35,427 nucleotides of DNA from Deltaproteobacteria bacterium (GTDB taxonomy: Bacteria; JAEEML01). Below the pieces are notes generated by a model. That model did not search any database. It had not been told where the DNA came from and was given only the letters and a program-made list of their open reading frames with translations. A program made the position numbers and the translations under genes. This document shows positions 16,755 through 26,526 of this stretch, piece by piece; position 1 is the stretch's first letter, and every line of letters begins with the position of its first letter. Location: positions 1-35,427 of the forward strand of contig JAEEML010000095.1 in assembly GCA_016283195.1 (NCBI GenBank), given 5' to 3'.

Positions 16755-17015
16755 GTGAACCTCCTTAGTGGCTCCTTGGCCACTGCATTAACCAATATAC
16801 CGAAATATGAGTGAATGTAAAAAAATAGGCGCAAAAGTGGGAGTGTGTAGGTGTATGTATGTCAATAAAATAGGCAAATCACGAGTTTCTTTAGTTAATA
16901 AAAGAGGTAAGAAAGAAAAAATAATAATTATACCTTGCAAACAAGGAGTTTTTGTGCCAATTTCCGGCTTGTTTTGCCCCAATAAGGGGCCAAAAACCGA
17001 TACATTCGAGGAACT

Positions 17016-17234
17016 ATGGCGAAAGAAGAAAATATTCAAGTAGACGGGCGGGTGCTGGAAGCTCTCCCCAACGCGATGTTCACGGTGGAACTTGATAACG
17101 GGCACAAGGTTTTAGCCCATGTTTCCGGCAAAATGCGTAAGTTTTTTATCCGCATTTTACCAGGTGACAAAGTGACTATCGAGCTCTCCCCTTATGATCT
17201 CACACGGGGGCGCATAGTTTATCGCGCTCGCTGA
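17016..17234 (+). CDS. infA: Translation initiation factor IF-1
   Basis: MAKEE...LPNAMF...SGKMR...ILPGDKV...[10 protein letters not shown]; 72 aa. Confidence 0.98.
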   Translation: MAKEENIQVDGRVLEALPNAMFTVELDNGHKVLAHVSGKMRKFFIRILPGDKVTIELSPYDLTRGRIVYRAR

Positions 17235-17266
17235 GTTTTCACTCAAGCACATTTTGTGGAGCAGAT

Positions 17267-18058
17267 ATGCCGGAATTGCCGGAAGTCGAGACAATGATGC
17301 GCTCTTTGGGCGACCTTAAGGGCGATGCTTTGCTCTCTTTTGATTTTTTCTGGCCGCGGCAGGTAGAGCCCTCTCCGGCTATATTTAAGGAAAAGCTCAC
17401 CGGCGCAATAATTAAAGAAATAAAAAGGCGCGGAAAATATATCTGCCTTTTTACCGATAAGGGGCTTCTCGCAATTCATCCGCGCATGTCGGGCTCTTTG
17501 GCGGTTTTGCCGGAAGAAGTGCCATTAGGTAAACATACGCGCCTAGTAGCGCACCTTTCAGGCAGCAAAAAATTGCAATTCGATGATGCGCGTAAATTCG
17601 GGCGCTGGAAGTTTTTGCCCCCGGGGGCAGATATTCCCGGCGTTGGTGTGGAGCCATTTTCGCCGCAATTTACCGCAGAGTGGCTTTATGACACTCTAAA
17701 AGAGCAAAAAAAGAAGCCTTTAAAGGCCTTATTGCTTGATCAAAGCCTGCTTTGCGGTCTCGGCAATATTTATAGCGACGAAGTGCTTTTTGCCGCCGGT
17801 ATTCATCCCGCCCGCCCGGGGAGTGCTGTAACCATTAATGAGTGTAAAGCTTTACAAGAGGCGGTGCTGGCCATTTTAAGTAAAGCCATTGAGCTTAAGG
17901 GTACCAGCTTTGATTGGGCCTATGGCGGCGGCTCCATGCAAAATAATCTCATGGTTTACGGGCGGGCGGGAAAGCCTTGCAAAAACTGCGGCACTTTGCT
18001 TGAAAGTGTAAAAATCGGCGGGCGGCGCAGCGTCTTTTGCCAAAAATGTCAGAAATAA
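17267..18058 (+). CDS. mutM: Formamidopyrimidine-DNA glycosylase
   Basis: MPELPEVE, RRGKY, GLGNIYSDE, C-terminal zinc finger CKNC...CQKCQ. Confidence 0.96.
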   Translation: MPELPEVETMMRSLGDLKGDALLSFDFFWPRQVEPSPAIFKEKLTGAIIKEIKRRGKYICLFTDKGLLAIHPRMSGSLAVLPEEVPLGKHTRLVAHLSGSKKLQFDDARKFGRWKFLPPGADIPGVGVEPFSPQFTAEWLYDTLKEQKKKPLKALLLDQSLLCGLGNIYSDEVLFAAGIHPARPGSAVTINECKALQEAVLAILSKAIELKGTSFDWAYGGGSMQNNLMVYGRAGKPCKNCGTLLESVKIGGRRSVFCQKCQK

Positions 18059-18084
18059 AGCGGCCTAAAGAGTAAATGACCTCT

Positions 18085-19035
18085 TTACGGCACAGCCACC
18101 AGATGCACAATTTGCTTTAGCACTTCATCGCTGGTTACTCCCTCGGCTTGGGCCGCAAAACTAAGCCCCAAGCGGTGGCGCCAGCAATCAAAAATCATTT
18201 TTTGCACATCATCGGGAGTAACATAATCGCGCCCGGCCAGATAAGCCGCCGCCCGCGAGGCCTCGGCCAAATGAATAAGGCCGCGCGGCGAAATACCATA
18301 TACCAGCAAATCGGCTACCTGATCCAGGGCATAGCGCTTGGGCGCGCGTGTTACCGCCACCAAATCAAGCAGATAGTTTCTAACTTCAGGGGAAAAATTC
18401 ACCTTTTTTACGGCTGCTACATGCTCGGCTAGTTTATCGCTCGTAAGTTCGGGAGGCAAAGGCGCAGCTAAGCGGCCGCTAAGAGCCGCATCGAGCATGG
18501 ATCTTTCGGCCTCTCTTACAGGATAATCCACGCGCACTTTAAAGAGGAATCTATCCAGCTGCGCTTCCGGCAATTGATAGGTTCCCTCTTGCTCCAGGGG
18601 ATTTTGGGTGGCCAAAACCACAAAAGGCTCCGGCAATTTAAGCGTCTCTTCGGCAATGGTCACTCCGCGTTCGGCCATGGCTTCCAAAAGGGCGCTCTGC
18701 ACTTTGGCCGGAGCGCGGTTTATCTCATCAGCCAAAACAATGTTAGCAAAAACCGGCCCTCTATGGATGGTAAAATCCATTTTATCGGGGCGCAAAACCT
18801 GGATGCCAATGAGATCACTGGGGAGTAAATCCGGAGTAAACTGAATGCGCGAAAATTTAAGGCCGAGTGCACTGGCAAAGGCCCGCACAGCGGTGGTTTT
18901 GGCCACCCCGGGAACGCCCTCCAGGAGCACATGGCCGGAAGTCAAAAGAGCTATTAATAGGCGCTCAAAAAGGGCATCCTGTCCATAAACCGTCTGGCCC
19001 AGTTTTTTTAATAAAGCTTGCAATTCTTCGTGCAT
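18085..19035 (-). CDS. MoxR family AAA+ ATPase
   Basis: Start at ATG 19035 after AAGGAG; LEGVPGVAKT, RIQFTPDLLPSD, DEINRAPAKVQSALLE, ATQNPLEQEGTY, LPEAQLDRF. Confidence 0.93.
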   Translation of the reverse strand: MHEELQALLKKLGQTVYGQDALFERLLIALLTSGHVLLEGVPGVAKTTAVRAFASALGLKFSRIQFTPDLLPSDLIGIQVLRPDKMDFTIHRGPVFANIVLADEINRAPAKVQSALLEAMAERGVTIAEETLKLPEPFVVLATQNPLEQEGTYQLPEAQLDRFLFKVRVDYPVREAERSMLDAALSGRLAAPLPPELTSDKLAEHVAAVKKVNFSPEVRNYLLDLVAVTRAPKRYALDQVADLLVYGISPRGLIHLAEASRAAAYLAGRDYVTPDDVQKMIFDCWRHRLGLSFAAQAEGVTSDEVLKQIVHLVAVP

Positions 19036-19045
19036 TAAAGGCTCC

Positions 19046-19828
19046 TTAGCGTTTGCCACGGCCATAGAGATTTATCTGCCATTCCAAGAGTAAATGGTGG
19101 CCGGGAGAACGGGCAATATCAAACTCGTAGCGCAAATTTAAAAGAAAATGGGTGCCAAGATAAAAGCCCAGCCGGGCATAGAGACCGCCGCCGGCCATAA
19201 GTTCATAGCTTGGATAAAGCTGGCCGCCGATAAAGCCGAAAAGGCCGCCGGAAATAAGCATATAAAAGCCGGTCCAAAAGGCGCCGCCGTAAATATGCGA
19301 ACGAATAGCTGCAACCGCAAGCTGGCCACTGCGTGGCTCAAAAAATATGCGCACCGGCAAGAGACCTATTTCTATAGGTAAATAGGCCTTGGGGGCCAAA
19401 AGCTCAAGGCGGGCTAAATCTAAAATCAGCTGTGGTTTTATTCCGGCCTTGGCCATAAAGCCCACCCCGCCCGGTTCCAAAGTCAGCCAGCGTCCGCGCC
19501 GCTGTAATTCCTGAGGAATATTTTTAAAATAACCGCCGGCTGTAGGAAATTTAGGTAAGAGCTGAAAATTAAGCGCCACTTCATTGCCACCTGGAATATC
19601 TACTTCACCGCTTAGGGCTTCGTAACCGGCTCTAACAATGGTGTATTTGTGGCGCCCGGCTTCCAGCGGCCAAGGCGGCGCCGATAGAATTTCCGCTCCG
19701 TCTATGGTTATATGAGTCGCCGCGTCAAACGGCGAGCCGCTCACAGTGAGGCGGCCATAGGCAAAAAGGGGGATACTGTGAAACGATAAAAGCAGAAAGA
19801 GAAAAACAGCCGCTTTTATTTTATACAT
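19046..19828 (-). CDS. Exported PEGA-domain protein with beta-rich C-terminus
   Basis: Signal peptide; GRLTVSGSP...ITIDG...LEAGRH...RAGYE PEGA pattern. Confidence 0.65.
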   Translation of the reverse strand: MYKIKAAVFLFLLLSFHSIPLFAYGRLTVSGSPFDAATHITIDGAEILSAPPWPLEAGRHKYTIVRAGYEALSGEVDIPGGNEVALNFQLLPKFPTAGGYFKNIPQELQRRGRWLTLEPGGVGFMAKAGIKPQLILDLARLELLAPKAYLPIEIGLLPVRIFFEPRSGQLAVAAIRSHIYGGAFWTGFYMLISGGLFGFIGGQLYPSYELMAGGGLYARLGFYLGTHFLLNLRYEFDIARSPGHHLLLEWQINLYGRGKR

Positions 19829-19831
19829 GAA

Positions 19832-20188
19832 TTACGGCTCGTTATACTCCGCCACCACATTGGTGGAAATGCCGCCTCTAACCAAAAAATCGCCTTTAAC
19901 TTCCAGGTGATGGGGCTTTAAAACGGCTGCTAAATCGTCACAAATTTGGTTAATAACCGCCTCATGGAAACAGCCCTCTTCGCGGAAAGTCCAAAGGTAG
20001 AGTTTTAATGATTTTAGCTCCAAGATATATTCTGCCGGTTCATAGCTGATATAAATAGTAGCAAAATCCGGTTGCCCGGTCATAGGGCAAAGGCAGGTAA
20101 ATTCCGGCGAGGAAATATTAACTTTGTAGCGCCGTTCTTTTTTAGGATTGGGTTTTACAACGAGTTCTTTACTGGGTACAGAAGACAT
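19832..20188 (-). CDS. queF: 7-cyano-7-deazaguanine reductase (preQ1 synthase, short type)
   Basis: EFTCLCPMTGQPDFA, ELKSLKLY, HE, RGGI. Confidence 0.96.
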   Translation of the reverse strand: MSSVPSKELVVKPNPKKERRYKVNISSPEFTCLCPMTGQPDFATIYISYEPAEYILELKSLKLYLWTFREEGCFHEAVINQICDDLAAVLKPHHLEVKGDFLVRGGISTNVVAEYNEP

Positions 20189-20206
20189 ATATTACACCTC
20201 GGTATT

Positions 20207-23200
20207 TTATAGTTTTTCAATAAGTTCGCGCACTTCGGCAGCATGGGTGCCATTTGGCGCCAGTTTTAAATAATTGGTATAAGCCTTTTTGGCGGTGGGA
20301 TTCTGGCCTATAGCCTGGTAAGCACGGCCGAGGACTAACCAGCCCTGCGGGTCGCGTTTATTGAGCTGTACGCCGTCACGCACAATAGCTATGGCTTTAC
20401 TGGCTTGTTTGTCGTCTATATAAGCGGAGCCCAGTTTAATAAGCAATTTAGCATTTTGCCCATCAAGCTCCCGGGCTTTTTCATATTCGGCTATAGCGGC
20501 TTTTAGTTTGCCGCGTTTTTCCAGTATTTCCCCTTGCGAGAAATGCTTTGCAGCTTGAGCCTTGGGATCAACCGCCGCCGCCGGGGCGGGAGCCGGAGCT
20601 GTGGCTTTAGGTTTGGCCTCTGTTTCGGCTTTGCGCTCGGCCTTAGGCTCTTTGGGCTCGATTTTGGCTGTCTTGGTTTCGGCTTTATGTGGCTTAGTTT
20701 CGGCTTTGCGCTCAGTTTTGGGCTCAGTTTTGGCCACTGCCGGCTCTTTTACCTCTTTTTTGGGCTCTACTGCCGGCTCTTCTTTAACCACCGGCGGCTC
20801 ATCTTGAACATGGGCCACATTTTCCGGCAATTTGGGCGGCGGAGGCGGCAATTTTACTTCTTCGGCCGGTTCGTCCTGCTTGGCGTCGTGCTTATTTTCC
20901 TGGGCGGCCTCGGAAGGTTGCTCTTGGTTTGGTGCTTCGGTATTTGCGGCATCCACAGCTTGCGGGATTTCGCCGCTCGGTTTGTCAGGAGCCTTGGCCA
21001 TATTGTTTTCAAGGGCTGTGGCTACGGGCGTTTCCTGGCCTTTATGATCAGCATCGCCGCTAAACATTATAACCAAAAGAAAGACAAACAAGGCTATAGC
21101 TGCACCGGCGGCAATTTTTATAATGAGCTTTTTCTTTTGCTGGCTGGCGATAAACTGGTTATCAAGAGAATCAGGCACAAAATTGGGATCGGTCTGCTCT
21201 TGGGCCTGGGCCATTTCTCCCGCAGAGAGCCTGCCGACAAAAGTCGAACTTTGATTTATAGACGCCGGCTGACTGGGCTTTAAATGCTCCATAGCCTTGG
21301 CCGGCAGGGGCTCGTAATCATCATCGTCATCGTCGTCTTCATCAATCGGATCTGGTGCAAATGCTCTAAAAACAATAGTTTCCGGGCGTTCTCCCCTAAC
21401 TATTGGTGGGCGCGGTTTGCTGACCGATAGCGGCGCCTTTGCGGCTACCGGTGCTGGTTCTGCTTCAGGAAGTGGCTCGCTGGGAGTGGTCTCATCGGGC
21501 ATAACTACCGGAGCCGGTGCTGGTATTTCTTCCGGCACTGGGGCGCTCGGTGTTGTTTCGTCGGCCATTGGCTCTGGAGCTATTGGCTCAGGTTGCTGCT
21601 CTTCTGGTAGCGGCTCGGTCGGCGTGGTTTCATCGGCCATGGGCATGGGCGGCGCTAGAGGTTCCGAAGTAACAGGCTGTGCGGCTGTCGGCATTGGCTC
21701 CGGTTGTGCCGGCTCCGGCATGGCAGCTTCTATTGGTTGCTGTACTTCCTGCGCTATATGCTGAGGAATATCATTGCTCCCGGCTGTTTCCGGCGCCTCC
21801 TCGGCTTTTGGTTCCTGATTAGCCTGGGCCGGCTCTGGTAATTCGGCTAGCGGGGTAACAGAAGCTGCTTCTTCGGTTACAGGCTTTTGGGGCATATAAT
21901 ATGGCGGATAAGCCGGTGGTACCGGTGCTGCTCCGGCTGGCTGATTGGGCAGCGGCGGATAAGAATATGGCGGCATGGGCATACCGGGCATGGGGTATGG
22001 ATATGGATATCCCGGCGGCGGCTGGGTTATTGGCGCTCCAGCAGCCGGCGGCACCGGCGGATAACCCTGTGGCGGCTGCGCCATGGGCATACCGGGCATA
22101 GGATATGGATACGGATAAGGCAGCGGCATTGGCTGCTCTTTGGAGAGAGGCTGGCCATCAGGCCCCAGCGCTGCTTGAGGAGGCACCGGCGGATACCAAT
22201 AACCGCCGTAATATGGCGGCACCGGCGGATAACCGACAGGTGGTACTCCTCCGCCTATTGGCTGCTGATTAGGTGCTCCCGGATAGGGATAATTAGGGGC
22301 CCCGTAGGGCGGCGGATAAGGATACCCTGGATTTTGTTGCTGCTGTGCCTGCTGCTCCTGAGATTGCTGCTCCGGCAAAGGCTGTTCGCTCATAAGATCG
22401 CTGCTGGAGCCGGGGATATCTTTGGACGCCGCTTTCCCTTCTTGAAAAGCTTCTTCCGACTCGTTTTCGCCATCATCGGAAGCCGGCAACATGGTGACAT
22501 TTTGAATAAGTCCTTCAAAATAGAGCTTGGAAATCAAATTCAAGCTTTCAAGATCGCCAAAATCGCATAGATCAACAACATCGAGTATTGTGTGCTCACC
22601 GTCGAAAAGGCGCAGCATAACATCGAGTTCATCGGGAATTTCCGAAAGACGGCTTGCCAGTTCGGTAAAATCAATATCCAGTTTGCTATCGAGCGGTGGG
22701 AGTTGCTCCAAAAAGCGCCCCCACTCATCAACTCGCCGCATACCTTCCATAAGAAGGCCCTGGATAGTCATTTGAATGACTTCCGGCCGGGAAATGGGGC
22801 GGAAATCAACTTCAAAAGTGCCCTCATTCCACACTAAGAGGCGATAGACGGCGCGTTCTCCCTTGAGGCGCCCCAGTTCGGCATCAATAATTTTGCCGTT
22901 TACAAAATAAAGCTCGGCTTTTTTGTGATTAGCTTCATTGTTAACATAAATAATGCCGCTTTTGCGCCCCATTTCTACGGTTTGCAAAAGGTCAACCACG
23001 CTGACATCGGCCAAATTACCCTGGAATTTGGTTTTCGAAGCCTGGCGGGCAATTTCCTCTTTGTCCTTTTTTTCCAAAAGGATTTTTATGCGCGTGACAA
23101 TCTCTTTTATGTAAATGGGCTTGGTGAGATAATCTTCCACGCCAAGTTCCAGGCCGTGTACCTTTTCCTGCAAGGTTTTTTCGCTGGTTAAAAAGATGAA

Positions 23201-23437
23201 GGGAATAGTAATAAAGCGCACATCATCTTTTAATGTTTTACACAGCTCAAAACCATCCATCTGCTCCATTTTAGTCTCTGAAATAACTAAATCAGGAACA
23301 GAAAGTTTAACTTTTTCCAAGGCTTGCAAGCCGTTGGTGGCGGTGGTTATGGAAAAGCCGGCCTTTTTAAGCGAGACTTCAAGGACGCGCAAACTTTTTT
23401 CATCATTATCGACTAAAAGCAGATGTTTCTTGGCCAC
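20207..23437 (-). CDS. Response-regulator-like protein: receiver + DUF4388 + Pro-rich linker + TM helix + C-terminal TPR
   Basis: Receiver (LLLVD...FIFLT...DYLTKP); [15 protein letters not shown]...W-x-EGTF DUF4388; hydrophobic [21 protein letters not shown] helices ending YLKLAPNG. Confidence 0.85.
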   Translation of the reverse strand: MAKKHLLLVDNDEKSLRVLEVSLKKAGFSITTATNGLQALEKVKLSVPDLVISETKMEQMDGFELCKTLKDDVRFITIPFIFLTSEKTLQEKVHGLELGVEDYLTKPIYIKEIVTRIKILLEKKDKEEIARQASKTKFQGNLADVSVVDLLQTVEMGRKSGIIYVNNEANHKKAELYFVNGKIIDAELGRLKGERAVYRLLVWNEGTFEVDFRPISRPEVIQMTIQGLLMEGMRRVDEWGRFLEQLPPLDSKLDIDFTELASRLSEIPDELDVMLRLFDGEHTILDVVDLCDFGDLESLNLISKLYFEGLIQNVTMLPASDDGENESEEAFQEGKAASKDIPGSSSDLMSEQPLPEQQSQEQQAQQQQNPGYPYPPPYGAPNYPYPGAPNQQPIGGGVPPVGYPPVPPYYGGYWYPPVPPQAALGPDGQPLSKEQPMPLPYPYPYPMPGMPMAQPPQGYPPVPPAAGAPITQPPPGYPYPYPMPGMPMPPYSYPPLPNQPAGAAPVPPAYPPYYMPQKPVTEEAASVTPLAELPEPAQANQEPKAEEAPETAGSNDIPQHIAQEVQQPIEAAMPEPAQPEPMPTAAQPVTSEPLAPPMPMADETTPTEPLPEEQQPEPIAPEPMADETTPSAPVPEEIPAPAPVVMPDETTPSEPLPEAEPAPVAAKAPLSVSKPRPPIVRGERPETIVFRAFAPDPIDEDDDDDDDYEPLPAKAMEHLKPSQPASINQSSTFVGRLSAGEMAQAQEQTDPNFVPDSLDNQFIASQQKKKLIIKIAAGAAIALFVFLLVIMFSGDADHKGQETPVATALENNMAKAPDKPSGEIPQAVDAANTEAPNQEQPSEAAQENKHDAKQDEPAEEVKLPPPPPKLPENVAHVQDEPPVVKEEPAVEPKKEVKEPAVAKTEPKTERKAETKPHKAETKTAKIEPKEPKAERKAETEAKPKATAPAPAPAAAVDPKAQAAKHFSQGEILEKRGKLKAAIAEYEKARELDGQNAKLLIKLGSAYIDDKQASKAIAIVRDGVQLNKRDPQGWLVLGRAYQAIGQNPTAKKAYTNYLKLAPNGTHAAEVRELIEKL

Positions 23438-23523
23438 TATCTTTCTCCGAAATTGCCTAGATATGGCAAGCCGTCGGTAATATAGGCCAATATTGCGCTA
23501 AGGTCAAAGAGTGTTCACAAAAT

Positions 23524-24453
23524 TTATGCTTTTTCTATATATTCTATAGCTGCCATGGCTGCCAGCGTCCCGTCGCCGACAGCCGTAGCCACCTGGCGGG
23601 GGGAGCCGCTACGCACATCTCCGGCTGCCCAAATACCTTTTAGGGAGGTAGATAAATCCTGGCCGGTGACAATGTTTCCGCCGGCATCGAGGGCTATTTG
23701 CTCTTTAAAAGGGGTACTATTAGGCTCTACGCCGACAAAAATAAAAACTCCGCGGGTGGGGTATTCTTCTAAAGTTTCGTCTTTGATATTTTTGATTTTA
23801 ACGGCCTTAACCAGCCTGTCGCCGACAATTTCCGTGACAACGCTATTCCATTTAAAAACTATTTTCTCGTTACTAAAGGCTTTTTCCTGAATAATTTTTT
23901 CGGCTCTTAGAGCATCGCGCCGATGAATAATGGTTACTTTGGCCGCATATCTTGTGAGGTATAGCGCTTCTTTAACGGCTGAATCCCCACCGCCCACCAC
24001 CACAATCTCTTTGTTTTTGAAAAAAGCGCCGTCGCAAGTGGCGCAGTATGAGACGCCTTTGCCGCTAAACTGCTCCTCGCCGGGAACAGCCAGCTTTTTA
24101 TGCCTGGCGCCGGTGGCGATAATTACGCTTTTGGCCATAACTTGCTCGCCGCTTTCTGTGGATAAAATATAGCCGCCGCTTTCTGCCTGAGAGAGAGCGC
24201 TCACTTTAGCCGCTATGTGGACTGCGCCGAAATCAAGGGCCTGTTTAGCTATTTTTTCGGCCAGCTCGGCGCCGGTGATACCGCCAGGAAAACCTGGGTA
24301 ATTTTCGATAATATCAATACGCGAGAGCGTGCCGGAAAGCCCCTCATCGGCAATAATGGCCGTTTTAAGGCGAGCCCTGGCTCCGTAAATAGCGGCCGTA
24401 AGCCCAGCCGGCCCGCCGCCGATAATGGCAAGGTCAAAAATATTGTCTGTCAT
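23524..24453 (-). CDS. trxB: Thioredoxin-disulfide reductase
   Basis: GGGPAGLTAA, IENYPGF, GVSYCATCDG, GGGDSA, AAGDV. Confidence 0.96.
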   Translation of the reverse strand: MTDNIFDLAIIGGGPAGLTAAIYGARARLKTAIIADEGLSGTLSRIDIIENYPGFPGGITGAELAEKIAKQALDFGAVHIAAKVSALSQAESGGYILSTESGEQVMAKSVIIATGARHKKLAVPGEEQFSGKGVSYCATCDGAFFKNKEIVVVGGGDSAVKEALYLTRYAAKVTIIHRRDALRAEKIIQEKAFSNEKIVFKWNSVVTEIVGDRLVKAVKIKNIKDETLEEYPTRGVFIFVGVEPNSTPFKEQIALDAGGNIVTGQDLSTSLKGIWAAGDVRSGSPRQVATAVGDGTLAAMAAIEYIEKA

Positions 24454-24464
24454 GATTTATTCCT

Positions 24465-26162
24465 TTACTTATAACTGAAAGCGCTGCCCCCGATAAATTC
24501 CCTAAGCAGCGATGTTGGCGGGATGGCATCGGGGAAAACGGGCACAAAGAGATCCAAAAAGCTAAGAAGCGACTGGGCGGTAACAGCGCTCGGGTGGTTG
24601 CGCGGCACCTCCAAAAGGTAACGCTCGGCATAGACTTTGAGCACCGCCGGCTCATAAACTAAGGCGCTATTAAATATAGCATCGGCCTCCTCCTGGAAAG
24701 GAAAGATATGGCGACGCTCACCGAGGCGCACCGAAGGCCAGAGCTCAATGGTGCGGGTGGCTGGATAGCCGCGATAGCGCCGGTCGCGCACGATGCGGCG
24801 AATAAGGCGCGTCTCAGAAGTGAAAATGCGGTTGGAATTATCAATACATAGCTGAGTTAAGGCATTGATATAAATGCGGAATTTTTGCTCGTCCGGCACG
24901 CTGGAGGTAAAGCGCGGGTTAAGCCCGTGGATGCCCTCCACAATAATGACGTCGCGCGGGCCTATCGCCATGGGCACCCATTTTTCTTTTGGTACCCGCT
25001 CACCAGTGTGGAAATCGTAAATCGGTGTATCAACTGTTTTGCCGGCCAAAAGGTCGGTTAAATTGTGGTTAAAAAGGTCGAGATCGATGGCTTCTAAAGC
25101 TTCAAAATCATAGCTGCCATCCGGATGACAGGGGGTATCTACGCGGTTTACATAGTAATTATCCATAGAAATAGCCACCGGACGTATGCCGTTGACCTTT
25201 AATTGCAAGCTAAGGCGCTTGGCAAAAGTAGTCTTGCCGGAGGAAGAAGGGCCGGCGATGAGCACCAGGCGCACACTCTTCTTTTCAGCGATCATATCGG
25301 CAATCTGGGCGATTTTCTTTTCGTGAAAACCTTCGGAAATGCGTATAATATCAGAAATTTCCCCGGAAAGGCAGAGTTCGTTCAGTTGCCCTACCGTGCG
25401 CACGCCTAAAATCTCATTCCAGCGCATAGTCTCCTGATAGGTATGGAAGAGCGGACGCTGATTATCATAATTGGCCGGATGCTCGCCGCCGTTTAAGAGC
25501 GAGGGGAATTGTAAAACAAAGCCCGGCGGATAGTGACTGAGGCCAAAATCGAGCATGGCTCCGGTAGATGGTGCCACCGGCCCGTGCTGAATATCATAAT
25601 AAGTACCGAGTGTTACCAAAGTGACATCATCGGAGCGCCAGGTTTTTAAAAGGGCTACTTTGTCCAAAAGCCCCTGCTCGGTAAAGAGCTCCATGGCCTC
25701 TTCCACACTCATGGTCTCGTGTTTAAAAGGCTTATCCTCCCGCACCAGTTGCAGCATACACTTTTCGAGGGCCATGAGCTTGCCGTTATCTATACCCTCC
25801 TGGCCTTTGGCATCTCGGCAGGTGAAGTGGTAGCCATAACCGAGACTTTGGCCCACTACCAATTGCATATCGGGGAAAAGGCGCTTTGCTGCCTCGTAAA
25901 GTATAAGAGTGAGTGAGCGCCGATAGACGGCAGCACCCTCTTTACTGGCTACCGTCACCGGCTTTAATTCGCCGGAGCTTACCAGTTTGGTATCGAAATC
26001 CACCAGGCGATTATTCATAATGGCCGCGAGACATGGGTAGCCGGCGCTATCGCGTCTCGCCGATAAAAGATGCGAAGCCGGTGTGCCGCTAGGTATAGTC
26101 ACCACTCGGTCAAGTACTTTAATTTCCAGATTTTTTACTCGCTGATTCATAGCAACAGTCAT
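24465..26162 (-). CDS. Nucleoside (uridine) kinase with N-terminal ThrRS-like TGS/editing domains
   Basis: YRRSL; AGPSSSGKTTF P-loop; ISMDNYY, EGIHGLN, RRIVRD, IFPFQE, SLLREFIGG. Start uncertain (26162 or 26150). Confidence 0.85.
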   Translation of the reverse strand: MTVAMNQRVKNLEIKVLDRVVTIPSGTPASHLLSARRDSAGYPCLAAIMNNRLVDFDTKLVSSGELKPVTVASKEGAAVYRRSLTLILYEAAKRLFPDMQLVVGQSLGYGYHFTCRDAKGQEGIDNGKLMALEKCMLQLVREDKPFKHETMSVEEAMELFTEQGLLDKVALLKTWRSDDVTLVTLGTYYDIQHGPVAPSTGAMLDFGLSHYPPGFVLQFPSLLNGGEHPANYDNQRPLFHTYQETMRWNEILGVRTVGQLNELCLSGEISDIIRISEGFHEKKIAQIADMIAEKKSVRLVLIAGPSSSGKTTFAKRLSLQLKVNGIRPVAISMDNYYVNRVDTPCHPDGSYDFEALEAIDLDLFNHNLTDLLAGKTVDTPIYDFHTGERVPKEKWVPMAIGPRDVIIVEGIHGLNPRFTSSVPDEQKFRIYINALTQLCIDNSNRIFTSETRLIRRIVRDRRYRGYPATRTIELWPSVRLGERRHIFPFQEEADAIFNSALVYEPAVLKVYAERYLLEVPRNHPSAVTAQSLLSFLDLFVPVFPDAIPPTSLLREFIGGSAFSYK

Positions 26163-26366
26163 TAGCCATACTTCCTTTCCGGCCGTGGCCTTCCTGCTAT
26201 AGATACCCCACAAAAAAATAAAGCAACAGTCCGCATGTTACTTTTTAAAAAAAATTATAAAAAATTTGTTGTCTAGGTAAATTGCCTTGTGCTAGATAGG
26301 GGGTGACTTACGGAGGGTACACCCTTTGTATTTGCATTTGAGGAAGTTTCAGTGATTTGTGAGAAG

Positions 26367-26442
<76 letters not shown>

Positions 26443-26526
26443 TCCTCTTTCCCAAGCTGGCTTCCATGTCCTGCCGTAATTTATTTAAGCATATTATAAT
26501 CAGCCAATATGAAAGGAGCTCATACA

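Noticed and set aside
16788..17105. ORFs 16788-17105 (-) and 16807-17043 (+) in the dnaA/infA intergenic region
   Set aside because: Overlap infA, lack an RBS and look like translations of AT-rich promoter DNA.
20189..20206. preQ1 riboswitch ahead of queF
   Set aside because: Only 18 bp separate queF from the upstream gene; no aptamer motif.
20534..22570. Long plus-strand ORFs (20534-21283, 21417-21764, 21887-22570)
   Set aside because: Antisense shadows of the low-complexity regulator gene; no RBS or domain signal.
24157..24165. Perfect DnaA box TGTGGATAA inside trxB (also TTTTCCACA at 16228-16236 inside dnaA)
   Set aside because: Isolated intragenic 9-mers are compatible with chance; no clustering.
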